Positions 40,480-50,536 are shown, counted from the stretch's first letter. The stretch: 64,000 nucleotides of DNA from Pseudomonadota bacterium (GCA_021325135.1 JAJPHT010000034.1:1-64000); one strand, 5' to 3'. A program made the numbers and translations. The notes: generated by a model not told the origin, from the letters alone.

Positions 40480-40804
40480 TACGCCAGCCTTGGGCCTCCA
40501 ACTGCTCACGTACTCGGGCGTCTCGTGCCTTGTTCGCGGCAAGTTTCGCTCGCCAAAAAGCAGCTCGATTCTTTGGTGGTATATAGTGGCTTGGGCAGCC
40601 ATGCCAGAAGCAGCCGTGCACGAATACGGCAATCTTGAGTCCGGGAAAGAAGACATCGGGGCTTCCAGGAATGCCGCGGCCGTGGACTCGGAATCGAAGC
40701 CCTGCGGCGTAGAGTGCCCGACGCAAGGCCATCTCTGGTGACGTGTTGCGCGCACGAATGCGGCTCATCACCCCGGACCGGGCTGCTTTCGAGATGTCAC
40801 TCAC
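40328..40804 (-). CDS. vsr: Very short patch repair endonuclease
   Basis: D....RS..MSRIR.RNT.PE, PG.PD, FVHGCFWHGC, FW..K...N..RD, WEHE; GTG start 40804 (track ORF is over-extended). Confidence 0.92.
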   Translation of the reverse strand: MSDISKAARSGVMSRIRARNTSPEMALRRALYAAGLRFRVHGRGIPGSPDVFFPGLKIAVFVHGCFWHGCPSHYIPPKNRAAFWRAKLAANKARDARVREQLEAQGWRIIELWEHEVDASAGRAAQRVARVVEAVRARRGQHGRRPRRASAERHSQSE

Positions 40805-40906
40805 AGACTCCGTAGATTCAGCCTTGCCATATGAGACAAGCGCGAAACGCGGGGACTGGATGTAGGATCGGCTTCGCCTGAATACTGCTGGCAGCCGAAC
40901 AGGTTC

Positions 40907-42541
40907 ATGATGAACCGAGAACTTGCAGGGAGCGTGTCCGAACGCAGGCAGGTGATCCGAGTCTTCATCGGCTCGCCAAGCGACCTCAACGACGAACGTG
41001 CAATCATCCCCCACGTAGTCGACGAGGTAAACCGCATAAAAGCTCACAGTATAGGATACCACTTCGAGGCGGTGGGCTGGGAAGACACGCTACCTGGCCG
41101 GGGGCGGCCTCAGGATAGGATCAACAAGGATCTCGACACCGCTCAACTGGCGGTTATGATACTCTGGCGGCGTTGGGGGAGCCCGACAGGAACGCACTCT
41201 AGCGGATTCCTAGAGGAGTTCGAGCACTGTCACCAACGGAAGACGCCACTCTTGTTATACTTTAAGCGTATTCCCGCAGAAGCGTTGGCGGATCCGGGAC
41301 CGCAACTCAGGGCCGTACTGGAATTCCAAGAACGGGTTATGCGCGAAAAAACAGTGTTGTTCTCTACTTTCGACACGCCGGCGGCCTTTGAGATTCAATT
41401 GCGACAGCATCTTTCGAAGTGGCTTGATGAGCACGACGCAGGCATCGTCCCCGAGGAAATGTTGATTCGCCCAGGAGCGTGGCTCCGGGCGCTTGCCCGT
41501 GATGAGGAACAGAGCCGTAGACTGATCGCGCGAGTTATGGCCACGGCGGAACAGCACGAGCGTGTCGCAGATATTTTAGCGAATGAAGGGGACTGGCGCC
41601 TTGTCGCTGGTGCGACACAAAGAGCCGAGTACCTATACAAGACCGCGCTCGAACTCTATCCAAGCATCGAGGCGATGCAGGGATATCAACATCTATTAAT
41701 CAAGACCGGTAGATCTGATGAAATCAAACCATTGCAGAGCGCCCTGCGCGCGATTGCAGACGAAGATCAGAACATCCGTGCAGAGATCTTTGCACTCGAA
41801 GGTGAAGGAAACGTCGCTCAGTACCAAGGCGACCTCGTGACAGCCAAACGGTGTTTCGAGCGCACGGCCAAACTGGCAGGGGACATGGAGCTCTTCGATA
41901 CTGCGTGTACTGCGCTGACACATCTTGGTGAAATTGCTCGGATGCAAGGCGAATTTGGCCTCGCGCTGCGACGCCTCAATGAAGCAATTGAGATTGGAAA
42001 AGCCGAGGACCCTCGGCATCGGGTAGCGGCTATGAGCCATAGGATCAACCTCTTGATCCAAGCTGGGCGCTACGATCTAGCGCGAAAGCCGGCTGAGGAG
42101 GCCTTGGATGAATCCACGAGGCATAACATCGTCCATGACATGTCTGTAGCGAAGATGTGCATTGCGCTCATCGACAGCCACGACGGCAGAACTTCCGAAG
42201 CAACGCGTGGGATGACGCAGGCGTTGGAACTAGCGCGCCGCTCGGGGGAAACCGGCCTCGAATACACGATCCTCCACAACCTTGGCGTAGTCCACTTATC
42301 CGCTGAAGAGTTTCCCGAAGCCGAGCGGATCTTCAAGGACGCCCTGAAGCTCGCAAAGGAGCGCGGTGGACTCGAAGGCATTTCCGACATTTCGTTCAAC
42401 CTTGGCCAGTGTGCCATGATCACAGGGAAGGATGCCGAAGCTCGGGAGCATTTCCACCGAGCCTTGCATGGGTATCAGCAACTTGGAGATCCGCGTCGCA
42501 TCAAGCTCGCTTCCGATGTGCTCTCGAGCCTCGGTGACTGA
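40907..42541 (+). CDS. DUF4062 (TIR/NDT-like) domain + TPR repeat protein
   Basis: RVFIGSPSDL..ER, GWE..PG.GRPQD.IN, LWRRWGSPT...SG..EEFE; C-terminal TPRs (HNLG.V.L...EA...F..AL). Confidence 0.85.
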   Translation: MMNRELAGSVSERRQVIRVFIGSPSDLNDERAIIPHVVDEVNRIKAHSIGYHFEAVGWEDTLPGRGRPQDRINKDLDTAQLAVMILWRRWGSPTGTHSSGFLEEFEHCHQRKTPLLLYFKRIPAEALADPGPQLRAVLEFQERVMREKTVLFSTFDTPAAFEIQLRQHLSKWLDEHDAGIVPEEMLIRPGAWLRALARDEEQSRRLIARVMATAEQHERVADILANEGDWRLVAGATQRAEYLYKTALELYPSIEAMQGYQHLLIKTGRSDEIKPLQSALRAIADEDQNIRAEIFALEGEGNVAQYQGDLVTAKRCFERTAKLAGDMELFDTACTALTHLGEIARMQGEFGLALRRLNEAIEIGKAEDPRHRVAAMSHRINLLIQAGRYDLARKPAEEALDESTRHNIVHDMSVAKMCIALIDSHDGRTSEATRGMTQALELARRSGETGLEYTILHNLGVVHLSAEEFPEAERIFKDALKLAKERGGLEGISDISFNLGQCAMITGKDAEAREHFHRALHGYQQLGDPRRIKLASDVLSSLGD

Positions 42542-42603
42542 CCACGCCCTGAGTGCAATGGTTAGGCGCCTCGGGGGCGCTGGAGTCGCTGGGCGTACGA
42601 CGC

Positions 42604-43839
42604 TCAAGACCAGAATCCCTTGTGCTTGATGCCATCGCCGTGCAAGTATCTTCGGTCGAGGTGGCTATTGTAATGCGCGCAACTTGTCTCGGAGAGATGG
42701 ATGCAAGCGTAGCACGCGGCCTCGGTGGCGTGCATGCAGACAGGATCTTGGATGCAGTCCATCGTGCCAAGCTCCATGCGTTCGAAGAACTCGGAGAGCC
42801 CCTTGTCGAAAAGCGCATCGAGGCCCCCAAGAGATTGCTGGTAGTTCTTATTCACGGTGATTGCGAACGCAAGCGCTCCAACATTGATGTGTTCCTTGAG
42901 ACTGTTCGCCGCGAAACCGCTGCGTGCGGATGCGGCTTGGACACCAGCATGGCTGAGCGAGTGGAGTAGTGTGAACGTGTTGTGCCCCACGGGATTCAGT
43001 TCGCGCTGGCGGCGGTCCCTGTCGCAGTCCCCGAGGCCATTGGCGTGCTTCCGCGCGCGGCATCCTGCTTGGAATCCGTGCCGCAAATCGGAGTTCCACT
43101 GGCGCGTGGGCCAATTGCGGTCGAGCCATGTCGCCACGCGCTCAGGGTCGACAACGAAGACGAGCGCCTCCGTGCTGAACGTTTCTGCATAGACAGTGTA
43201 GCGGCCGGTCTCGCGGTCCGGTTCATGCAAACGTACGCGGGCGCTCCGGAGCGCGTCCATATCCGGTGCGCGGCGATACCCGGCGTGGACAAGTGCCATG
43301 GGAAACCGATCCACTTGAAGCACGTCCAAGAAGCCGAGCCGCCGCGCCGTCTGAAACTGGTCCACAAGATCCTCGCGCTTGCTAAGGTACTTCACGCTCG
43401 AACCACTCTGCATTTCCTTAAGCTCAAGGAAGTCGAATGCCGTCCCCCGCATCGCTGCGAGGTCGCCGTCGAAGAGCGCCTCGATGATATGTGGATCCAA
43501 CCCCTCAGTTCGGTCATCGAGGTTCTGCACCAAACGCGTCGCGTCAGCCTTGTCAAGATGGTACTTCGATTCGATGTGGTCGATGAGAATGTCATTGCGG
43601 AGGATTGCGTCGCTCACATGGCTCCACTTAACAGCCTTTGCACGAATCTCTTCGATCATGGAGCGGGGGAAGCGCGCAACGGTGACGTCACCGAGTCCGC
43701 CGACGCGTGCGAGGTGCTGCTGCGGGTTCGTGCTGATCTCATGAAACTCGCTCGTCTGATGCGTGAGGTTCACAAACTGCGCAATGACGCCTGAATATGC
43801 GCTGCTCTTGTTGTGCACGACAATGGCCATCTCGCTCAT
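42604..43839 (-). CDS. DUF1998 protein (C-terminal half of DISARM DrmB-like protein)
   Basis: TLLHSLSHA, SLKE.I, LGGL, C.QDPVC...ACYAC..LSETSC..YN..LDR. Confidence 0.85.
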   Translation of the reverse strand: MSEMAIVVHNKSSAYSGVIAQFVNLTHQTSEFHEISTNPQQHLARVGGLGDVTVARFPRSMIEEIRAKAVKWSHVSDAILRNDILIDHIESKYHLDKADATRLVQNLDDRTEGLDPHIIEALFDGDLAAMRGTAFDFLELKEMQSGSSVKYLSKREDLVDQFQTARRLGFLDVLQVDRFPMALVHAGYRRAPDMDALRSARVRLHEPDRETGRYTVYAETFSTEALVFVVDPERVATWLDRNWPTRQWNSDLRHGFQAGCRARKHANGLGDCDRDRRQRELNPVGHNTFTLLHSLSHAGVQAASARSGFAANSLKEHINVGALAFAITVNKNYQQSLGGLDALFDKGLSEFFERMELGTMDCIQDPVCMHATEAACYACIHLSETSCAHYNSHLDRRYLHGDGIKHKGFWS

Positions 43840-46800
43840 GCACGGTCCCCCTTAGCCGCCGCGGGGTTGCAGCGCAAACATCGCGCAGTTACATTCCTTG
43901 TCCAAGAACAACCAGGCACGCGGCACCACCACCTCCAGCTCGACGTGGATTGGGGGCGGTCGTTGAGTTGTATCCATGCTGACCCGTGCTCTGGGCATCC
44001 CGGGACGTAGAGGCTCTGCGCTTCGCCACACTCATCGTGAACGGCCATGTGGCGCACTTGCTGGCCTGGACCATGCGCGGGATCGCGCGGACACCGCAAG
44101 GATCTCATCGTGCGAGAGTTGGCAAGCCAGACCTGCTGGCAGGAGCGGAACCGACACCTGAAAGTCAGGGGGAAGAGCGCAGCCTTGATGCGTCCGGGCC
44201 GAACAGGCTCGAGGTTGTTGGCGAGCTTGTCCGCGGCATCCTTCGCGTAGACGATTCCCATGAGTTCTGGCGCACCGCGGAGCAGGGGCAGAAGCCTGCT
44301 TGCCATGACGACGCGGTTGATGTTCTCGACGCCTCCAGGGTTGAACGCGCGGTCGACGTATTGAGTGCGCACGATCGCGCTGCCATTGCCGAATTCGTAT
44401 GTCTGGTCGGGTGCGTGGTTGTAGATGACCTGAATGCGGCTCCTCGTCATGGTGCGACCGCGTAGACGTGCATCATCCAACGTGGAACCTTTTTCCTCGC
44501 GCCCTTGGTAGGGCATGATTTCGATGCCCTCGTCAACATCACGAAGCGAAGTCATTGGAGAGCTGTCGAGGGCGCCGGGCGTTCCCCCGGCAGGACTCTC
44601 ACGCACGGCACGCGCAACTAGGTTGAGGTTGATCTCGATGGCCTCTTCGACAGCTGCGCGGAAGGCAGGACTTGCATCGGGATCGCTCACCATGTACATC
44701 TCGCGGAGGCGTGCCTCGAACCACTCGCGGGCCCGGTTCACGAGCTCCTTGGCCTGGAGAAGAAACCAGCCAGGATTCGAGTCGCCCTGTCGGTCCTCCT
44801 CCGTGCTGAAGATGAGGCTCATGATGGCGCCGCCAATCGTGCGCCGCGGTGTCTTGGTCGAGAAGCGGTTGATGGCCACCTCCTCGACAAGGAGGTCTTG
44901 GTTGTGGTGGTACGTGTGGAAGTGTAAGTAGTGGACGAGATCGCGTTGCCGGACGGGATGGAACAGGCGGAAAACAAGGCCCGTAAATCGGCGGCCCGTG
45001 CGACTTGTGACTTGGATGTCCTCACTCGTGCGTCGGGGTTGCCCCATGAGCACCATGTTGTTGATATTCTTGATATCGACCCCGTATGCAATGCTCGATG
45101 ATGCCGGAACGACGTCATAATCTTGGTCGGCCTGTGGGTCGGGCCGGTCGAGCAGAGTGAGTAGGTCCGCGAGCGTGTGGCTCTCCATCTTGCTGCTAAT
45201 CGTATCGCTCGCGCGCAGAGGCTCATATCCTCCGCCGAGCATATACTGGCTGAGCTGAAAGTCGATTGAGTGTCGGACGCCATCTCCTTGCCGAAGCGCG
45301 AGCACGTAAGTGATCGTTCGGCGGTACGGGAGAAGTATCTCGGCCTTTTCCGCGGGTGACGCCACAGCGTGTCCAACTACCGTCTCGAGTGGGATGCGTC
45401 CGTCGTCAAGCTCCTGCAGGATGGAATGGAGGATACGTAGCGTGTGGATGAGAGCGTCATTCTCCGTCTTTCCATGCGGGTGTATACCAACGAAGAAACG
45501 CTGAACGTCCTCGGTCTTGACTTGGAAGTAGAATCCGGAAAGCTCCGTCGGTGGTGAACTCGGGAAGCGTCGCATCCGGTCCTTGCGGACGCCTGTGAGA
45601 TGCCGCACGTGCTGCTCCCATCCTGCTACCGTTGCGGACGCGAGTACGTAGTAGGGCGCGGGGTCGCCACCGAGGAGGGAAACTTTCTGCAGTATCGACT
45701 CGTAGTGCCCGGAGAACGCGCCAAGCTCCTCTTCAAGAAGGTGCACCTCATCGATGACGACGAGTCCTGGCGCCCAATCGTAGGGGGCTGTGAACTTCTC
45801 ACATAGGAGCTGGCAGCGCGCAGGGGATTCGTGAGTACAACGACCCCGGTTGCGCTTGCTGAAATCCGGACGTACAAACCCGTGCTGGGGGCAGCGCCAT
45901 GGGGGAGTGCGAAGGAGTGTATGGACCTTCCGCGTGAGTCCCACCCCCGTAATCTTGTCGATGGTGCCGACCAGGAAGGCCGGCGGATTTCGTCGGATGT
46001 TGTCATCAATGACATCCATGGGCATGCGTCCCGCCTTGCAGCCCTCCGTGCGGCAGTGGAACGTGATATTCCACTCGTGCTCGCTCCATTCAGATCGGAT
46101 GCTGACTTGTCGACAAAGCGGGCACTTCGCGACGAAGACGAATGCGCGCGGCTCCATAGCAATCTTCCGCGCAATGGCGATGTTCGTGTTCTCGCGTTGT
46201 TCGTCGTCTTCGAGGCCTGGCTCTGGCGGCTTGACTTCGGTGGGCGTGTACGCGCCACCAACGAGGAATCCCACCCGGAACTCGGGCCCTGGAACCTTGC
46301 GCTCCTTGCGGATCTGATCAGCGTGATAGACGAGATGGACCAAGCGCTCGGTCTGCTGAACGGTAAGCGCGCGTAGGGCGAAACGGAACCATGCGGTCAC
46401 GCCGCCCTTCTTTCCGCGTAGGCGGTCGTAGAACGCATTGAAGACGGCGAGCGCCTGGAACGCCTCCGTCTTGCCACCGCCCGTCCTAAACCAAATAAGG
46501 TCGGCGCGCGGCTCGTATGAGGCCGCTTGGCCTCCTGCGGTGCGCGTGTATCGCGCGCGCTCGACGACGCGGGGGAGTGCACTCAGGATGAACCCGAGCT
46601 GGAATGCGCGCCATTCAGGCCGGACGCCCATTGATTTGGTCATCAGGCACGACATGGCTTCCATGGTGTACCGGAACGCCTCCTGTACACGGCGGGACTC
46701 AGTATCAGTCCCCCGAAGGATTTCTACCGCGCGTGCAATGTCAGCGACCTCCTTTTCGAAGGCGTCCATGTCTTCTCGAGCGCGCCCATACGCCTCGGGG

Positions 46801-48035
46801 TTGCGCCGCTGGTCGAATCGGCCAAGCATAGCGTCCCACGATGGGCGCGTCTCCCGCAGGGCGTCGAGGAACTTCTGAGCGCTTGCGGCGGGATCGCGCG
46901 CGAGCTCTTCCACATTCGTCCCGGGTCGCCTCGCTTGGTCGATGGGTGCTTGTCCATGGACGGGTACATGGCGTGTGACGACAACGCTGGGACGCCCTGC
47001 TAGCTCCTCCGCGACACAGGCGAGGCCGGCGGCGAGGGGGCGCAACTGTGGACGGCGTGGATCGCCGCTCTTGAAATGCCCTGCCTCCCACGGTTGGACG
47101 GGGGCACCGGCCGTTTCGACTTCGAGCGTGGCGTTGAAGAGCGTGCCCTCGTGGAGCTTCGCCCGGTCTCGGGGAAAGGACGTCAGATTCACGAAACGGA
47201 GGTCAAGGATGGTACCCCTGCCCCCGGGTGCGGAGCGCGTGCTCACCGAGAGTTCTGCCTTCCACCAAGGCATGAAGCGGAGGCCGCCTAGGCGGTCGAG
47301 CCACACCTGCCGCTCTGCGGCTTCCTCTGGAACAAGGCGCCTACCTGAGTTTGACCGATAGCAATCTGGCCTCTCGCTGAACGTTTGTGCGATAAGGGCG
47401 AGCGCATCGTTGATGCGTCGCGTGAAGACGGCAGCATCCTCTTCTGCTTGGTTGAGACGCAGCTCCCCGCTCTCATCCACTGTGCCCGCATGGACGAAGC
47501 GCGTTGGTATGTCACGGAGCTCGAGGTCCTTCCCTCCATACGGCTCAAGCTGCTTTGCGGTGGGCATAGCGCGGGCCCAGACGTGGAAACGGACGTGAAC
47601 GCCAAGCGTACCCTCCATGCTCGCGAGACGAAAGCGAAGTCCGCAGCTTGGCGGCGAAACGCGCCGCTCGCCCATGAGGAGGGCGCCGCTGTCGACGTCG
47701 TCTTGGTAGGGTTCGCGTGCCTCTGCGATGGGCGGGTTAAACTCAAGCGCCGTCCCAGTGCGTTCTCCGAGGGAATCGCCTTCGGCCTCTGTCAAGGCAA
47801 CGTTGGCCTTGTCCGGCGGAAGCTCTGTTTCGGTCTCAGGGTCGGTCATCCTATGCGCGAGCGTCCCAACGAAGAAGCGCGTGTGGGGCTTGTTGTCAAG
47901 GATTTCAGTCTCGCCCTCTCCAAGTGCGCGACGGATCCACTCGGTGGCCAGGAATTGTGCGAGGCGCTCGTCGCTGTTCTTGGCCGCGCGTGCTAGGGTC
48001 GCGTTGGAGTCGGTGATGATCTTGGTGGAGGTCAC
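43836..48035 (-). CDS. DrmA-like SF2 helicase fused to a DrmB-like N-terminal Zn-binding region
   Basis: WRAFQ, TGGGKTEA, LRALT.QQ, GTIDK, DEVHLL, ASAT, GVD, Q..SR.GR, MTSLRDV; then TRS..Q..Y..AP, FP..F.C...C, H..CG, CP.HG, W.C...C. Confidence 0.85.
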   Translation of the reverse strand: MTSTKIITDSNATLARAAKNSDERLAQFLATEWIRRALGEGETEILDNKPHTRFFVGTLAHRMTDPETETELPPDKANVALTEAEGDSLGERTGTALEFNPPIAEAREPYQDDVDSGALLMGERRVSPPSCGLRFRLASMEGTLGVHVRFHVWARAMPTAKQLEPYGGKDLELRDIPTRFVHAGTVDESGELRLNQAEEDAAVFTRRINDALALIAQTFSERPDCYRSNSGRRLVPEEAAERQVWLDRLGGLRFMPWWKAELSVSTRSAPGGRGTILDLRFVNLTSFPRDRAKLHEGTLFNATLEVETAGAPVQPWEAGHFKSGDPRRPQLRPLAAGLACVAEELAGRPSVVVTRHVPVHGQAPIDQARRPGTNVEELARDPAASAQKFLDALRETRPSWDAMLGRFDQRRNPEAYGRAREDMDAFEKEVADIARAVEILRGTDTESRRVQEAFRYTMEAMSCLMTKSMGVRPEWRAFQLGFILSALPRVVERARYTRTAGGQAASYEPRADLIWFRTGGGKTEAFQALAVFNAFYDRLRGKKGGVTAWFRFALRALTVQQTERLVHLVYHADQIRKERKVPGPEFRVGFLVGGAYTPTEVKPPEPGLEDDEQRENTNIAIARKIAMEPRAFVFVAKCPLCRQVSIRSEWSEHEWNITFHCRTEGCKAGRMPMDVIDDNIRRNPPAFLVGTIDKITGVGLTRKVHTLLRTPPWRCPQHGFVRPDFSKRNRGRCTHESPARCQLLCEKFTAPYDWAPGLVVIDEVHLLEEELGAFSGHYESILQKVSLLGGDPAPYYVLASATVAGWEQHVRHLTGVRKDRMRRFPSSPPTELSGFYFQVKTEDVQRFFVGIHPHGKTENDALIHTLRILHSILQELDDGRIPLETVVGHAVASPAEKAEILLPYRRTITYVLALRQGDGVRHSIDFQLSQYMLGGGYEPLRASDTISSKMESHTLADLLTLLDRPDPQADQDYDVVPASSSIAYGVDIKNINNMVLMGQPRRTSEDIQVTSRTGRRFTGLVFRLFHPVRQRDLVHYLHFHTYHHNQDLLVEEVAINRFSTKTPRRTIGGAIMSLIFSTEEDRQGDSNPGWFLLQAKELVNRAREWFEARLREMYMVSDPDASPAFRAAVEEAIEINLNLVARAVRESPAGGTPGALDSSPMTSLRDVDEGIEIMPYQGREEKGSTLDDARLRGRTMTRSRIQVIYNHAPDQTYEFGNGSAIVRTQYVDRAFNPGGVENINRVVMASRLLPLLRGAPELMGIVYAKDAADKLANNLEPVRPGRIKAALFPLTFRCRFRSCQQVWLANSRTMRSLRCPRDPAHGPGQQVRHMAVHDECGEAQSLYVPGCPEHGSAWIQLNDRPQSTSSWRWWCRVPGCSWTRNVTARCLRCNPAAAKGDRA

Positions 48036-50317
48036 TGAAACACGTCCTGGTTGCCGGGATGGAGGCCGAGGAACGCGGCGGGGAGCGTGAGGGGCCCTCG
48101 GATGCCTCGTACACGTATGGGGAAGAAATGGCGGCGCAGGGCGGAGATGTCAATGTTGTGGATATCTTTCGCCTGCTTGACGAGGTCGTCGTCGACCTCT
48201 AAATAGGTGGCCTTGCCAAGGTCGTTGGCCCATCGGCCGGCGGCACGGTGGACGCCGCGGAGACGTGTGATGGCAGCAACGTGTGCGTCGACTCGCTCCT
48301 GGCTGGATGCCTCGCCGGCCGCCTCGAGCGCGGCCTTAACGAGCGATTCCTCTTGGTAGAGCACGGCCCACGTCCGGTCGTTCAGGAAGATGTCGCGAGC
48401 CTGCGCGGGTTCGATCTTGACGCCTTTGCGGAGGAGCTCCAAGCAGATGCGCTTCGCGGACCAGCCTTCTTTCGCGATGAGCTTCTGAATCGGCTCCTTC
48501 CACGACTCCGCGAGGTCGCGGATGCCGCGGTTGCGCGGCATGCTCTCCCAGACCCGGAAGGCGGCAGACTGCAGATCCTCGTCGAGACTCGAGTTGGAAA
48601 GAACGGCAACGACAGCGCCGTCTTCATTAATGATCGAGCGTGCCTCGTCGATGCTGATGCGACGCGTTCCGCCGTCCTTGATGACGGTGAGTTTGCTAGT
48701 CGGGAAGATACGGAACACGCGTCCGTCGTGGAGATCGAGCTCGACCATAGGCGTGTCCGCGCTGGGATCGAGCATCCCATCGCCGGCCGCGTAGGCGATG
48801 CTTCGGCGCAGTTCCTTGTCTCCCGCGGCCGCCAAGAGGACAGCAGCGTCGAGAAGGTTTCCGAGACTCTCCTCGGGCCTCCCAGCCGATGGCAAGGTCT
48901 GCCCGGGGGGCGGCGTCATGATGCGACGGAGCGGCTGAAGCCCGGGCCCTCCTTGGATGCCCTGCCGTTCGAGGGCGCGCTCCGTGCGCGCGGCCTCCTC
49001 CGGTGTGAGGAGGAAGCGGACGTCCCCTCCGAGCTCAATCGTGGGGACCCACTCACGGCCGTGTGGCATAGGCGCGACGAGGATGAGGGGCCGCGCCTCC
49101 GGTGCCCAAGTCACGGGATCGGTCCACGCAGTGACGTCCGCGGCGATGCCTTCCTGCGCAAGGACCTCGCGGAGGGCGCGGGCCGAGGACCGGTCGGCCA
49201 CAACCACGCGGGCCGAGCCCGCCTTCCGGATGATGTCCAAGAGAAAATCTCGTTTGGGCGAGCGCGCATCGAGGGCGGCCGCGAGGTCGGCCAGCCCCTG
49301 CGTGACATGGGGCATCAGGCTCGAACCCACGAGATGCCGCACGTTGGCGACGCGCTCGTAATGCGCGAGGATCTCCATGCTATCGTGGATCGGGTGGACA
49401 CGCTCACGATCCTGTCCCCGGTACACGGGATCGAGCTCGCTAGGATGCACGGGGGCTGCAAGAAGCGCGTTGTACGTTGCAAGCGCTTCGTCGAAGAAGC
49501 GCTTCACGAGCATATCGGTGACACCCTTCAGCGCCATGATGTCGGCGAGGAGACTGCGTGTATCTAGTTCGACGCGGTGGGCCTGCAGCTTCATCTTGAT
49601 CTTCGGCGGCGTGACGAGGAGCGGAATTGTGCCGACGCCTCCGTGGAGCGGCTTGCGGTCGTCAGGGATCGTGCCGAGCTCGGGAAAACTGGCCACGCGA
49701 AGCTTCGTGCTGGGTGCGAGCAGCACGTAGGTTGAGGCCGGCGCAGGTTCGCGCTCGGCCATCGTCAGGCTGCGGTCGGGCTTGCGCGTGCGGCCGTCGA
49801 AGAGGACCATCACGACAGGCACGCCGTGATTCTCAAGCGTGCGGATGTCCTCAGCATCGAAGCGCGCTGCGATGACAAGACGAAAACGGTCGAGCGAGAC
49901 ACCTTGGCGGACGAACGCCTCGCGGCTGAGGCTGTTGTTCCGAATGTGGCCAATTGCAAAGATGTCGTCGATCCGTGACTCCTGCGCATGATATCGAATA
50001 GCTAGGTCGCGCGCAATCACGGGGAGGCGTTCGTCCTGCGTTACGAGAACGACGACGCCACGCAGCTTCTCCTCGAGGATTTGATACGCGGCCGCGAGGC
50101 CTGCAAGCAGGGGGGTCGGTGCTGATGGGCTGGGCAGGGCTAGCGTCGCGTACTGCGCGCGGCGCAGGGCCTTCGGCGCGTTGCGGACGAGCTCGGCCAC
50201 AGCGCGAATGGTTGCGAGGTTCGCCCCGTCGCAGTTGACAATGCGCGCCCCTTCGTCGGTGTACTTGATCAGGGCGCGCTTCTGGAGGCAGTCGACGATC
50301 CAGTTGATGCGGGGCAC
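48032..50317 (-). CDS. DrmE-like protein (helicase-like fold, no Walker motifs seen)
   Basis: 761 aa, GTGA-coupled to the helicase, SD GAGGTGG; size and position match DrmE of DISARM class II; family assignment is inference. Confidence 0.55.
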   Translation of the reverse strand: MPRINWIVDCLQKRALIKYTDEGARIVNCDGANLATIRAVAELVRNAPKALRRAQYATLALPSPSAPTPLLAGLAAAYQILEEKLRGVVVLVTQDERLPVIARDLAIRYHAQESRIDDIFAIGHIRNNSLSREAFVRQGVSLDRFRLVIAARFDAEDIRTLENHGVPVVMVLFDGRTRKPDRSLTMAEREPAPASTYVLLAPSTKLRVASFPELGTIPDDRKPLHGGVGTIPLLVTPPKIKMKLQAHRVELDTRSLLADIMALKGVTDMLVKRFFDEALATYNALLAAPVHPSELDPVYRGQDRERVHPIHDSMEILAHYERVANVRHLVGSSLMPHVTQGLADLAAALDARSPKRDFLLDIIRKAGSARVVVADRSSARALREVLAQEGIAADVTAWTDPVTWAPEARPLILVAPMPHGREWVPTIELGGDVRFLLTPEEAARTERALERQGIQGGPGLQPLRRIMTPPPGQTLPSAGRPEESLGNLLDAAVLLAAAGDKELRRSIAYAAGDGMLDPSADTPMVELDLHDGRVFRIFPTSKLTVIKDGGTRRISIDEARSIINEDGAVVAVLSNSSLDEDLQSAAFRVWESMPRNRGIRDLAESWKEPIQKLIAKEGWSAKRICLELLRKGVKIEPAQARDIFLNDRTWAVLYQEESLVKAALEAAGEASSQERVDAHVAAITRLRGVHRAAGRWANDLGKATYLEVDDDLVKQAKDIHNIDISALRRHFFPIRVRGIRGPLTLPAAFLGLHPGNQDVFQ

Positions 50318-50326
50318 TGTGCCACC

Positions 50327-50536
50327 TCAGGAGGCGGCGTTGTTACGGAAGAGCGTCCACAGCGGCTGCGTGACGACCGCGTGCGCGTCGGAGCCGGGGA
50401 CCCGATAGCGCGCGATGATGGTCGTGATGGCCGTGGCCTTGTCAGGGCAAGCGGCGATGATCATGATGATCTCGTCGAGCGGGGCCTTGCGGCCGCACCC
50501 GAAGGTGATGTCGTTGGGCTTGTTCGGCGTTCTCAT
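50327..50536 (-). CDS. 69-aa protein resembling the GyrA/ParC C-gate subdomain
   Basis: LDEIIMIIAACPDKATAITTIIARYRVPGSDAHAVVTQPLWTL; GGAG upstream; its TGA overlaps the SD of the next gene. Confidence 0.5.
   Translation of the reverse strand: MRTPNKPNDITFGCGRKAPLDEIIMIIAACPDKATAITTIIARYRVPGSDAHAVVTQPLWTLFRNNAAS

Noticed and set aside
40805-41062. N-terminal extension of Vsr in the ORF track
   Set aside because: Overlaps the divergent DUF4062 gene; Vsr homology begins at GTG 40804
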